Below, in pieces: positions 25,027 to 37,824 of a stretch of 64,000 nucleotides of DNA. The DNA comes from Lepidodermella squamata (Eukaryota; Animalia; Gastrotricha), in assembly GCA_047495785.1 (NCBI GenBank), contig JBLDXI010000024.1:496001-560000 (forward strand), read 5' to 3'. How positions within the stretch are numbered: the first letter of the stretch is position 1; each line of letters starts with the position of its first letter. Position numbers and translations under genes: made by a program. The notes beneath the pieces were generated by a model that saw nothing but the letters and a program-made list of their open reading frames with translations, was not told where the DNA came from and ran no database searches.

Positions 25027-26813
25027 ATCTACTAGAATAATAATTGATCACTTCATCAGCAACAAGTCAATGACAGGTAAATTAGGGAGAAGGAAGCCTG
25101 CAAAAGAAGTGAATGCGATACTTCGTCTTAGCTCTAACATAGCCTTCGGCATCCATTGCAATATATTTCATGCCGCCATCGAGGGTGCTGTAATTGCTTG
25201 CTCAGGTCAATATTAATTCGATTGAGATGAAATAACCCCTTGGAGGAAAACCTGCAAACCACGAAAAACAAAAAGCAAGTACCAAACATACTGCCAATTT
25301 ATTGACACTTTCTTCAATTTTCTGACACGCATGATGAATAATTCATACATTAATCTGATATGTATCTGCAACTTTCAGCATTGGGCTTATGAACAGAAGA
25401 TGAAGTGCGTTTAACAAGGAGCGAATTTCGATAACAATATCCGGTATAATTACGACAAAAAAATAATATTATATCATGTTTCTCTAATCGAGTTCCTGCA
25501 GCTTCACGCCTTACTTGTCTCGTTAGAAAAATACAACGCGAGAAGCTTAGCCACATTTGATATACATCAAGTCCATTGAATTAAAAGACGAACTTTCGAT
25601 TTTGCAAATTAAAACCGTCAACAACAACGTAATGACACACGGCACAACAGTAGCAATTTTCTCTCAGCTTTCACTGGCTAAGCGTATACACGGCTATTTA
25701 TATACAATAATTTCACGCTTTCAATTTAGGAAACGGTATGATTCATAACAGGTTGAATAAATAAAATGAAGTGAAGCTATATCCCGGAATCAGTCATCAA
25801 ATTATCCAGTTTCATTTAGTGGTAGTATTAATGGAAATGCCCGCTTTGAATGACGAGGTAATTACGCACAATTAATAAAATTGGACATGATTTTGCAGGA
25901 GCTCACAAACCCCGAGACAAAATATCAAATTTTACTTAAAGCGCTAATTGAGTCGAAAAATAATTTGGGCTATATTCAATCATTGAAAATATCATTCATT
26001 CCACTTGATCCATCGTTGAGAATTGACGAAAAACGCAAGTAAAATACGCAACGGTTACTCAAAGTTGCACGTGACTGCGACAAGTACAGCAGTAATGCTG
26101 CAAACAAACAGGTTCTGTCGTATGTGACGAAAAGGCTTCACATTGATCAATGATGAGTGGCGAGAGAGATAGATGGATGGAGATGTTCATATTAATGATA
26201 ATATAATAAAGAGTGAACAAACAAGCGAGAGAAAAAGAGCGAGCTAACAAGTCGCCGCCGGATAAAATTATGTACGAAGACACGAACTATAAACATGATC
26301 AAGTTATTTACAAACAGAGGTAGGCCTGATGTGCTTCTTAGCCTTGAACATCCCAGCGTCAATACAGAAATCCACTATTGATCGTGGTCATAGATCTGTA
26401 CAACTTGAAGTCGATCATGGTTGAAAGTAAACTATAAGCTATAGAAATTACAATAATAGGACAGCAGAAATTGTTTGATTGAAGAAGCCTTTATGCAATG
26501 GTATAATCGCTATATACATACCTAATTAAATTGATTTACCGAGCTTTCTTGAGTCCATTACTTATCACTAAACGCTAGAAAATATGTTGAAAAAAACTAT
26601 AACATTCCTGTGGTCTTATACTCGAAAAGAATGACTCCTGCATTATACTTCTCATCTTACAGCTGACAAGTTCTTTTTGGAAATACACCACTGAAAGGAA
26701 ACCACGATAGTACGACAATCCTTATTGCTAAATAAACACATTGAATCGATGGCGATTTAATGATAATGAGATTGATGTGCGAATGTATGTTCATGAGTTG
26801 GGAATTACTGTTA

Positions 26814-29694
26814 TTATAACCGCTGCTGGTGCTGTTGCTGCTGTTGTTGCTGTTGTTGCTGACAAAACATTTGCAGAAGATCGCCAGAGAAGTTAGCCGG
26901 TTGCAGACGGTTGTTCGAGTTCGGACTCTGCGCTCCGCCGCATGACATTTGAGCGTTGCCCGATGGGTGACGCGAACCCGGCGGTGTCAAAGATTGAGAC
27001 GCTGTTGGTCAAAGAAAAGGTTTTATTTTTATCAGTCAATCATTAAATACTAACAACAAGCACTACTACTAGAACTACTTTGGCCGGCTGGAGAGGCTTG
27101 GTGGCATATTGCGGTGTTAGCCATACCCGTGGTCGCCAGGTCGACAAGCGTCGAATCGCCGAATCGCACTTGACTTGGGACTTGAAAGCCATTCGATCGA
27201 ATAACTTCCGTCAAAGCCTTCAAGATATTATTATCAATTTGAACCTATCAAAAAACACTCGCACTTACCCCGACACGTTGTTGAAGTTGCAGGTTTTGAT
27301 TCAATAATTTGCTGTTTTCAAGTTGAAGGGCTGCCATTTGGTCAGGCAGAGCTTGCAACTGCTTGATGTAATCGACGACTTTCGTCAGAATGTTGCCTTT
27401 ATGCTGCTTGAATTCCGGGTCCTGACAGTTGGGCAACAGCGTGGCTAGTTGCTGGATACGATCATTGATGTTCGAGCGCCGCCGCTTTTCAATGTCATTG
27501 TGTTGCCGCTTTCGCTGTTCATCCCGAACCATGACGGAAAGGCCTTGATTCGACGAAGAGGCGTGGTCGCTGTTCTGCCGACTAGTTTTGCCAGCACTAG
27601 GCCGCCGCGCCCGGGGAGTCGGCTCGCTCGGGTGCCGGCTAGCCATGCCTGGCAGACGCCGCGGGTCTTGTGGAAGGAGGGTGGGAGGGAACGTGATAGC
27701 ACCGGTGTTTGACGAACTCTGATGCGCGAGTTGTTGCTGACCGAAACCCGGAAACGAACCCTGCTGCTGTTGTTGCTGCTGAGATGCTGCGTAGTAGGAA
27801 TTTATTTGCGAGGCTAATTGCGATGACTGCTGCTGCTGCTGGTCGACCATCATCGATGGTTCGTTACTCATCGGGATGCCAGCAGGACCCGAAAAGTGCC
27901 GCTGATGCGGATGCCCTGGTTGATTGTGAGCGCTTGGAATAGGCAATTGCATGGCGTTACCAACAAAATCAGCTGGTCCTAAAAAATTCGAAATGTTCTG
28001 GTTATTGTGATTCGCCATTTTTCAGCTAATTAGCAGTTGCATAACAATCATTGCGGTTAATAAATAGCCCAGCTTTCGAATTTCATTAAAAAGCACCCGC
28101 TCAGACGTCGCAAAAAACGGCGAGACAACAATTGCATTTTAAATCAGGACGATAAAAAACAAGTATATTATTACCTCTGCCCTGCGGAATGGGACAAAAG
28201 GCGCGTTGATACGATAGCGTGTGCATTAAATTGCCAACGTCCATGGCGGACGGCGCAGCAGACGATGCGGGCTCGAATGAGTCGTCCGAACATGAGGAAT
28301 CAGAGCAGTGATGATCTCTGCTAATATTATGCGACCGCCCACTGAAGCCATTGCTATTGTTACCATTATTGAACTGGAATGGCTCGGATTGTTGTTGTTG
28401 TTGTTGTTGTGAGAATTGCTGTCGAGATTGACCTGCCAGTCGCGCTTGATTCAAGCTGGTTACAACATCGAAGTTGTTTCCAGTTCGTGACTGCAAATCA
28501 AATAGTATCAAATTTCGGCGCACGTCACATGATCAATAAATCGTTTTCAATCATCTTAATGACATTTTTGTTACGCACGAAGAGTAGAATTTCAAAAATT
28601 TGTAAAATGCGTAGCGTTGTTGATAGAATAAAAGATGCGCGGAAACCAGGGGAAAAACTCACCATGTTCGAAAAATTGGATGGCATCTGCTCGGATGGAT
28701 GCAACGTGCGGGATGAACTGGCTGAGGAGGACACGGGTGAGTGAGATGAAAACTGTGAAGCAGTTCCTACAGGACCACCACTAGGCCGCCGCTCGCGTGT
28801 AAAAGCTAAGAGATCAGCAAACGAGGGCTGTAAAGCAATAAAGAAATGCCGTTATTCCAAGCTTCAACTCGCTCGATTACGTCGAAATTGAAAACATTAT
28901 GAAGTGGAGCCTCTCAAATATTTGATCAATGGTTTTTGAAGTAACCCCTCCCCCTACGCATCGCACATGATAAGGAACCCCTGAACAAATAAGCTTCATA
29001 GCCGCCAGAATATTTTCATCGCACGTACATGGAACCGTGAAAACTTAAGAACAAGGCGAGAAAGATATGTAGGACGCGCTTCAAAGCACTTGAATCTTAG
29101 GGCATCGCCTTAAAAAATACCAAAACAACCCTTCCCTCTTCTTCAAAGACGAAAACACCGTTTTAGGAAGCAAACCTTTGCGTTAGCACCGGAATGAACA
29201 TCAGGTCCGGCGGATCGATGCCGTTTACGCTGTTCATACTCGTCCATCACCACAGAAGTGACAGCGTCGGGCTGGGCCGGCCGCAGAAAATTTGCCGAAA
29301 ATACTTGTTGCTGTTGCTGTTGGTTGAACTGCTGTTGCCTTTGCATCAGCTGGGCATTGAGGACAGGGTTGGCGTTGAGGGGCGGGACCATGGCCATCTG
29401 AGGTTTCGGCGAAAATGAAGGCGGCGACTGAGAATTTCCATTCCGACTAACCGCGTTATTATTATTGTTGTTTACGTTTCCGTTCAGCGGTGAGAAGTCT
29501 CCGTGGTCGGAGGCTAGCGACAAGTTGTCACTCGAACGAGGCTGATTGTACATAGATGCACCATCATCAGGTCCGTTAGTCGCCATGTAGTCAGTGGAGC
29601 TATTGCTATCGCTATTCGCATCCGCGGCAAAAACTGCTCCCAAAATCGGATATCTGTTATCTTTTGTTACAGCAGCGTTTGAATTATCGGTCAT
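26814..29694 (-). CDS. bHLH-leucine zipper transcription factor (USF / MiT-TFE-like), Q/N-rich, multi-exon
   Basis: RDEQRKRQHNDIEKRRRSNINDRIQQLATLLP...KGNILTKVVDYIKQLQ plus a Leu heptad. Exons in ORFs 29143-29703, ~28662-28828, 28101-28523, 27248-28018 and downstream join in phase through GT-AG introns and end QQQHQQRL*. Confidence 0.8.
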
Positions 29695-30179
29695 GCTATA
29701 CACAGCTTCATATAATAATTATTTCTAAAATAAAATGGCAAATCAACGGATTAAAGTCGTTCGTCTCAAGTTTATCTGAAGAAAACGCATAAACTGCAAA
29801 CTAGCAAGAATAGTGCCTCTCGACATGCACGCAGAAAGAAGAATTGCAATGTCGACTAGCCTTCACGAATTTGCATAGACACAGAAAAATGATTGATAAT
29901 AATAGTGACACAGCTATAGCAATAATTATATAATAAACACCGCCTAATAGGTAGCAGTAATAATACTCTGTGATGATACGAAAATCACGATGCGTTGTTT
30001 TAAGGCGCGTTGTGCTAAAAAGCTGTTCGACTAAAAGCCACCGGCAGCAAAGCACACCACAGGGCGAGACGACAATCTGAGAGTAAATCGCTTAGGGTTC
30101 CCAAAATTGGCAACAACGGATATATTGAAAGCCAGGTTCGCATAATAGAGTAGTGGAAGAACGCAGTGCATAGGCGCGC

Positions 30180-33143
30180 TCACCAAAAGTGAACTTCACG
30201 AATCTCACTGATAATAACGCTAGCTTTTTGTAGAGCTGACAGCATCTCTTGAGCCTCTTTCCGCCGAGAAGCAACGTGGTCGCTTTCGGCCAGAACTTCC
30301 TCGACGTGTTCGACCCGGTAGAGCTTCGAGACGAGTTCTGACTGAATGTTATCGCGAACGTTGTTCACCAAAAAGTGCATGATGGCCTTAGGAACCGAAT
30401 CTTGAATGCTCTTCCGGATGATCAGGAAATACGATTTGATTAAGCGCTCTTTAATTAGGCAAACACAGAAAACAAGGTTAATTAAATGCGACAATTGTCA
30501 CATGAATTGAGCGTTTTCCTGTAAACTTACCAATTATTTCACAGTCGGATTGTTCGCGAGCCGAAAGTTTTCTATTCAAGCCATGCTGTGCAATTTTTAA
30601 ATAAAACTCAGTTAGCACTTCACGCAGGTAGTAATTACCTCAGCGGTAGGCGAGCCGAAGGTGTGGCCTGGGTGTTGAGAAGTAATAATACCGTCATGCG
30701 GGCTGGGTTGAGGGTGAATTCCATTAGTCGTTCCGTTGGTCGCAGCTAGAAGAGATGACTTTTTGCCGTCACGTTCGTCGACTATAGTAACTTGTTTCAC
30801 AATATCGGTAGTACTGCCACTAGCCTCTTTTTTCCGGCTACCTTTATTGTGTGCCGCAGTGTGGGCATCTTGATCAACATGATCAACCATGTTTCGGCGC
30901 AGGAGAACTGCTTCACTGAAATCTGGATGGCGCGTGTTGACGTATGAAAGTTCTATCTGCACAAGGTTTTCGACCTGAAGTTAAATATTGATTTTAAAAC
31001 CTTGATTTCATCAGACAGTTCTGGAAATTAACCATTTGATTTGTAGGCGGCAACCTTCTACGCAGCAGCTGCGTTACGACATCGCATATGCGTTCGTACA
31101 GTTTCGGGAAGCGCAGAAATTCTTGCTGCAAACACACACAGGAATATGAAACACAATTACGTCTTGTCGTGCAAGAAATCGATAATCCAGAGGTACGAAG
31201 TGCTTAGCTGCTAGAATCTGGGCGGGAATCTAATTATCTAATTACTGGTGCTCACGCACATATTCGTGCAATTTTCCGGCGCAATAAACACGTTAATTGT
31301 TTCTGCTCGAATGGCTCACCAACGTTAATTGATTTTATCGATAAACGCGGAATTATATATATACCTGAATTCCACAATGCTGAACAATGCGTTGCATTTC
31401 CTCGTGAGCCAACTCAACGCAGCGAAGGCTGGGTTCCAAGAGGCGCTGAATTTGACGCTTTACTAACAATTCGAACGAAACTTCGGGAACAAATAATGCT
31501 GGCCTTGGACCGTTAGCATTTCTGATCGCAGTTAAAATATCCAGCGTGGTAAGACCACCGAGTGGCTCAACCGACTCCAAAGTACGGCCGAAGGTTTCAT
31601 GAAAAATATAACAAATCCGAGCTCCACCACACAACTCCGTCGTTTCGATATTTTTTGCGGTCCCCTCAATTGTTCCGCAATATGAAGAGGCGAATTTCGT
31701 TATCAGTTGCAACAACAGAGTTTGCTAAAATTCAGTGAAATAATGAATCATTCACGCAATCTTTGCATTACAGCAGCGGACTAGCCTTATCATCGATCGG
31801 CTCGCCAAATGAATTAACCAGGGATTGATATTGAGCTGTCATGACATTAATGCGCGTTTTCAGCTCAGGCAGACAGTCGCGAATGTGATGCATCAGCAGC
31901 TAAACGTATCAAGTCAATGCTGTGCCAAGTTAGAAATTTACCCACTTACTCTATTAAGCGCCTTAGCAAGGTACAGACAACCATTGCGGGCGGCAATAGT
32001 AGGGTATTTCTTTTGCAAAAAGGCTTGTTCGTCTTTCAATGCTACATCGATGACCTGATCCCGCGAAAGCAATAGATATTGTTCATTTAATTAGCAGATG
32101 AATATCACGTGTTACCTTTTTAGAATTAATGTCAGCCTGGCTGCGATTTACAACGCCGATGATGCCCAATTTAACAGGAATAACACGTCCACACAACACA
32201 TCCATTGCATCAGTTCCAGCATCCATGAGATCCAGCTTAGTGACAACCGCCAGAGTTCTGTTTCCTGAAAGCAAAATCGAAATTCATATCGACTGATTCT
32301 AGCGATAATATATTAAACCGACCCTCAGGATCAACATCACGCGCCAATTTCAGAGCCTCAGATGTCGCAAAATCAGTATTTGCGGGCGTTACAGCTAATA
32401 TAATGGCGTTGGGATTCGTAATATAGCTATACAAGTCAAATTATTTCAAGCCTGATAATTCAGTTAATTGATGGGACTCACGTCAAACACATTTCACGAA
32501 TCATCTGTTCGATGTCTGGGGGTTGATCGCCAACGGGAACCTTGGTAATTCCCGGCAGATCAACAAGCGATAAATTTACAACTTTCTGGCTGAATATTTT
32601 GAGATGAATCGGATCATTAGCTACACCCTGATGAACAAACCATTAGAAAACATTAGCAAGTCTCAATAATTTCAACCTTATTTGATCCAGTAAGCTTCTC
32701 GGTTTCTGCTTCGATTTCTTTGCGTATCTCGTCAAAGTCAGTGAAAACCTTCTTAGTATGAAGAAATTTGCCCCATTCCTCCGTTCCAACAGGTACTAAT
32801 AAGTGAATATCATGATTAAAAAATCCTTCTGACTTCTAAAGCTTGCCTCCATCGTTTATCCTCGGAGCTGGATCTTCACCGATATTAATCAAGTGAAGGA
32901 TCAAGGGACGCCGGGTAACGATACCAGTACCGCGAGGTAGGAAGTCTCGGCCAACAAGAGCTTCCAAGACCGAACTTTTACCAGAACTCTGAAATGCAAA
33001 CCGACTCGGGTTGAGGATGCTGGTTTTATCATATCAATTACCTGTGATCCAATTACAACGATTTGTGGTAGCTGTATAGCTTCGCATCCAACGATGCTGA
33101 AAACTTCTTGAAGCTTGTTCAAAACAGGTATTAAGCTTTCCAT
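30180..33143 (-). CDS. DNM1L: Dynamin-related protein 1 (mitochondrial fission GTPase), multi-exon
   Basis: [15 protein letters not shown]...[56 protein letters not shown], and GED end [17 protein letters not shown]...IREVHFW*. Confidence 0.97.
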
Positions 33144-35373
33144 TTTAATAGCTCCTAAAACTGGCGAGAGTAATAAGAAAAGTTAGCTTTCTCCACAAAA
33201 TCCGCAGATGGTGTAGTTTCCACGAGGTGCGGTAAAATAGCTAATAGCTTCAGCCTCCAGCGACGAAACAAAAAATGGAAAGTTTAACTTGGGGAGACTG
33301 TGGAAACGTAATAGTTTTGGAAAAATATGAATATTCATGAAGCGACTAGAAATTTACATGTGAAGTATATGATGTTAGCTTTTTATGCAATGTTAACATT
33401 ACGCAACTGAATTACCTTAAGCAATGTTGATTTTCATCCTGACTTTTGAAAGCCATTGTAATCCCAAGTTGACGGCAATTAGAGTCGGTATTGAGAAATT
33501 CGAATCTGAATTTATTTGTTCACTCGGGTGAAAAATAGCCGATGATATCGCCAAAAATCGAAAAATCGATCAGTATCGATTTTCGAAGATTGATCATTTT
33601 GGAAGTTTGAGTGATCAGTGATCAGAGGTCGGGATAATTATCTCTCAAAATATTAAAATCGAATTCCTCGATGCCGGATCCAATTTGTGGTAAACTTGGG
33701 TTCCAAAGGGCTTTCAAAAATCAAGATTGCATATGGCACTTTTGCCATGTTATCGTTACATAAAAGCCAACATTGTATACGACATGTGCAATTAGAACGA
33801 GCATTTGAAGAGTTTGATATTTTCAAAAAATGCTTCATCATAACTTGGCACTAACTGCTTTTTTCTCTGATTTTGGGCGCTGTTATAAGACTGTACTAGT
33901 TTCAAGACATAGTAAAAATATATTCATACCTCTCAAACTATCCCACTTACATCCGAGCTGTTTAGAGTACGTGAAAATTGCATCATTCTGGACCATTTTT
34001 TAACCAACATGAAGCGTCATCTTGCAAGAATACAAAATTTCAACAAAAATGTAATCATTCGATTATTTTGATTGTCACTGTAGTCCATGCGTGGAGGTAT
34101 TTTTTTTACGATGTTTTGTGTTTCAGGAAACAGATGGATCTATTATTCATTTATCAAGACCTGGGGGTTAACATTTAATGGAAGTTATCCCCTCAAAGCT
34201 TACGGAAGATTGCATATTTTTTTCTTGTTATTTTTGAGGTATTTAACAGTTTTCGAAATCTCCTTGTTACGCCCCCGCACAATTTCCAGTCTAATGTGTT
34301 CCAGAGGAGAGGGTATGAATAGATAAATATGACTCAAGACAGTATAATTAAACATTGGGCATCTCGGTTGAGTTAAATCACACAACCAAAAAAGGTGAAT
34401 TTCAACAAATCCTTCCCCCGTACAGGTTCAGGCCAACTACTACAAAAAAAGTAGAAAATCTAAACTGACTAAAAAAGACGCGGGTGCTACTTTTGAATTG
34501 CGCAACCAAATTTATAAAAATTAAAATACGAATAAAACAAGAAAGTGTAATCTCTGTAAACCACCATTAAAAAATAAAAGTGGAAAACAATTGAAAATTG
34601 GCGCGTATATGACTCCGCTTCGTCACTTGTTCGTCACATGAACTCTGGGCTTTGAGCTATCCATCCGCTATCCATTTGGTAGACCGGTCCCTTTTTTTGG
34701 TGGGAGGTGTTGAATGTTATCGCCGTTCAATTGCTTGATGGCTATATTCCCATATTTCCCCCCATACATTTTCGGTCACCAGTATTCGCAGCTAAAAGCT
34801 AAATTTTTATTCTTTATTGTTCATGGTTTGAGCTTTGATGAACCACATCGGCAGGTGGAGAGCCTTTTTACTGTTCCAATGTTATTCACTTCTCTATTTG
34901 CTATTTACCTTGCTACCAAGTGTTACTCAATCGTGTGTTTACGCTGTAGAGTTCAACGGAACACTCTAATTACCTATTCCTTCTATTCCCTAATCAGTGA
35001 TTCCATCGAAGTGTGCCGCTCGATGGGGAAGTTTAGCAGGCGCCTCGATGGGTGAGGCGCATCTAATGAGATCAAGTATGACAGAAAATTGCATTCCATC
35101 TCAATAGAGTGCTGCTTTATTTGAGAAGGTCCGCTGAGTTCATAAAACCGTGGCCTTGTTCAACTCTTCGGACCCAATTAAGATGCAGTACTTAGATTTG
35201 TAAATGCGCCTGAATAGTGCTGATGAGCTTATTCGATGCTCATTGTGCTTTCAATTACTATTCGTTTTACCATCTATTCAAGTTAGATAAAAATACGCTA
35301 AATTTAGTCGCTTTCAATTGCTCTCTCGTTTAATATTTTTAATTATGTTTACCAGGCGTTTAAAACTATCACG

Positions 35374-37130
35374 ATGAGGGGTCTCAATTACGTTTTCCAT
35401 CTGGTACTTATGTGGACGTTTCACCTCGTGCAAACTATTGGGCACTACTTTTTTGCCTTTATCAATGCTCGCTGGAAAGATAAACGCCTGCCCGTTATTG
35501 ACGACAACGTTTTGTTTGTTCCCGCTGTTGAATTGGCGACAAAAATTCGAAAACGACAGCTCCGAAGCGAAGATGTTGTTGCAGCGTATATTGCTCGACT
35601 CCGAGCTGTTAATCCACTGCTGAATGCTGTATGCTTCGATCGTTATGATGACGCATTGGAGGAAGCAAAGGCTGCCGATGCTGAATTGGACAAGCGCGGT
35701 GAAAACAATCCTCCTGACGGAGGCTGGCCACCGCTGTATGGAGTACCTGTGACTGTGAAAGAAGCTTTTGCTTTAACGGGCTTCCAGCATACCGGGGGTT
35801 TGAAGAATCGCATCGGCCATATTGCTAAAAAAGATGCACCAGCTGTCTCGAGACTAAAGAAAGCCGGGGCTATTATTCTCGCAACGACCAATGTATCAGA
35901 GTTGTGCATGTGGTGGGAGTCTCACAACCGCGTTTATGGCCAAACGCGTAATCCTTATAATCTTGGGGCGATCGTTGGCGGAAGTTCAGGGGGCGAAGGC
36001 GCTGTTGTCGGTAGCGGCGCGTCATTATTTGGCCTTGGAAGCGATATTGGAGGGTCTATTCGAATGCCTGCATTCTTCTGCGGCGTTTTTGGTCATAAAG
36101 CTAGCACTGGTGTCGTGGAATCTGCCGGGCAATTTCCCGATTGTGATTCGCCAAACGAATGGTAAGTAATTTCCAACTTTTCCCAGGCAATCAAATAAGT
36201 TGTTCATTTGTAGGTATATGATTTCTGCTGGGCCCATATGTCGATATGCCTGTGATTTGCCATTGTTTACTTCAAGTGAGATATAAATTTATCATTTAAT
36301 TTCTCCGTTAATCTTTTCCTCGTTTCAGTCCTTTTGAAGCCATCACTTGACAAGGAGCTTCGTTTGTTCGACCCTGTCGACTTATCAAAGCTCAAATATT
36401 ACTCCCTCGAGGAATGGGGCGCTAAAGCTCATGTTACAGGTACGTTTGGTTAGTTGTTATCGATCTCTTCTCAATTTTGGTATCTATCCGATTAGACGCC
36501 GTCGAAGAAGAGCTAGTCAATGCGCAAAAGAAAGTCGCTACGACATGGGGTGCTAAAGTTGGAACTTCTGTTAAGCCGATAAATTTGCCAGAATTTTTCT
36601 ACCAATTTCCGATGTGGGCTGGAATGATGAGCGACAAAGGCGACGAATGTCAGACCTTCTCTCAACTCATGGCTGGTGGACCACCTCAAGACCTCAACCC
36701 TTTTATGGAACTAGCCAAATGGTGCATTGGACTTTCTGACCATACTTTACCTGCCATCACTCTCGGTATTACCGAGAGCGGGGTAAAAAATCAAAAAGAC
36801 CTCAATAAACGACAATCAGAGCATTGTAGTCGTTTAAAAGACAAAATTGCTGCAATTCTGGGTGAAGATGGCGTATTGTTTTGCCCAGTTCACCCTAAAG
36901 CCGGTTATTACCATTATGAGACCATGTTGCATATCGGCAACTTCACGTATACTGGTATTTGGAACGCTCTTGGATTTCCTGCTACTTCCGTACCGTTAGG
37001 ACTCAGCTCTCGCGGTCTTCCCTTGGGAATTCAAATAGTATCAAACTTCCGCAATGATCGTTATAATATGGCGGTTGCCAAACGCCTCGAAGACTTATTT
37101 GGAGGCTGGGTATGTTTGCCTAAAAATTAA
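35374..37130 (+). CDS. FAAH2: Fatty-acid amide hydrolase 2-like amidase, multi-exon
   Basis: Amidase signature GVPVTVKE...GGSSGGEGA...GLGSDIGGSIRMPAFFCGVFGHK. C-terminus YTGIWNALGFPATSVPLGL...GLPLGIQIV...FGGWVCLP. Confidence 0.9.
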
Positions 37131-37824
37131 AACTGTTGAAGGTTCAATTTGATCCTTCTCTTAGGTTCGCCCAAGTTAAATACGCCTTTACTGGGTCTCG
37201 GTGTTACAATTTTTGGTGCCTGTTTTGATTGATTTATGGGATGAGTCTTAGCAACGAATTTTATTCAATTTAGTCAAATTTCGGAATGTGATTTGATCGC
37301 CTATTTTATCCGAGATGTCTATTTATTTGCTAACGATTTGATAACGAAGTGCTAAATTATTTCAACATCGTTGTTACCAGTGATTTACAATAATACATTG
37401 CAAGGTCCATGACATAATGCGCAAATTCTCTATTTGTTATTTTTAGGTTATTTATTTATTGATTTCTGAATCTAGTGATCTTATCTCATGACTAATGGTA
37501 GGCTTTTGTCGAAGATGTTGTTTGAGACTGACTAGAGATTTGTTTTCACAGTTTATTCATTTGACGGTGCTTTGATTTTTGGGCTGTTGTTCATCTGTAC
37601 CTGCGCTTATTTTCGGCGTGTTCCAAGGCTTAAACAGTGGCTACTCTCAGAAAGACACGGTTTTTGGGGCGTTTTCTACAAAGGTAAACTTGAAACCTGA
37701 CTTATAGTCTGAATGTAATCAGCTTTTTATTATCAGCTTCGGTGATAGGAGTTCGACTGCATTGGGCAGTGTGCCTTTGTTGCCTGTTCATGTCATTCTA
37801 CGTCCTATTCATAGCTTGAAACTA

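Noticed and set aside
24884-25216. 110-aa ORF with a repeated RIFIPNGYSKNRRTAITD peptide
   Set aside because: It is a translation of the 63-bp TIR units running out into flanking DNA.
27245-27268. Possible 24-nt micro-intron in the bHLH gene (GTAAGT...TTGATAG)
   Set aside because: An in-frame downstream acceptor (TTGAAG) gives a 51-nt intron matching the window norm, so the ultra-short intron is not needed.
33450-34620. Possible non-autonomous transposon relic upstream of DRP1/FAAH2 (similar DNA at ~53550-54850)
   Set aside because: The composition is suggestive only; no matching termini were found.
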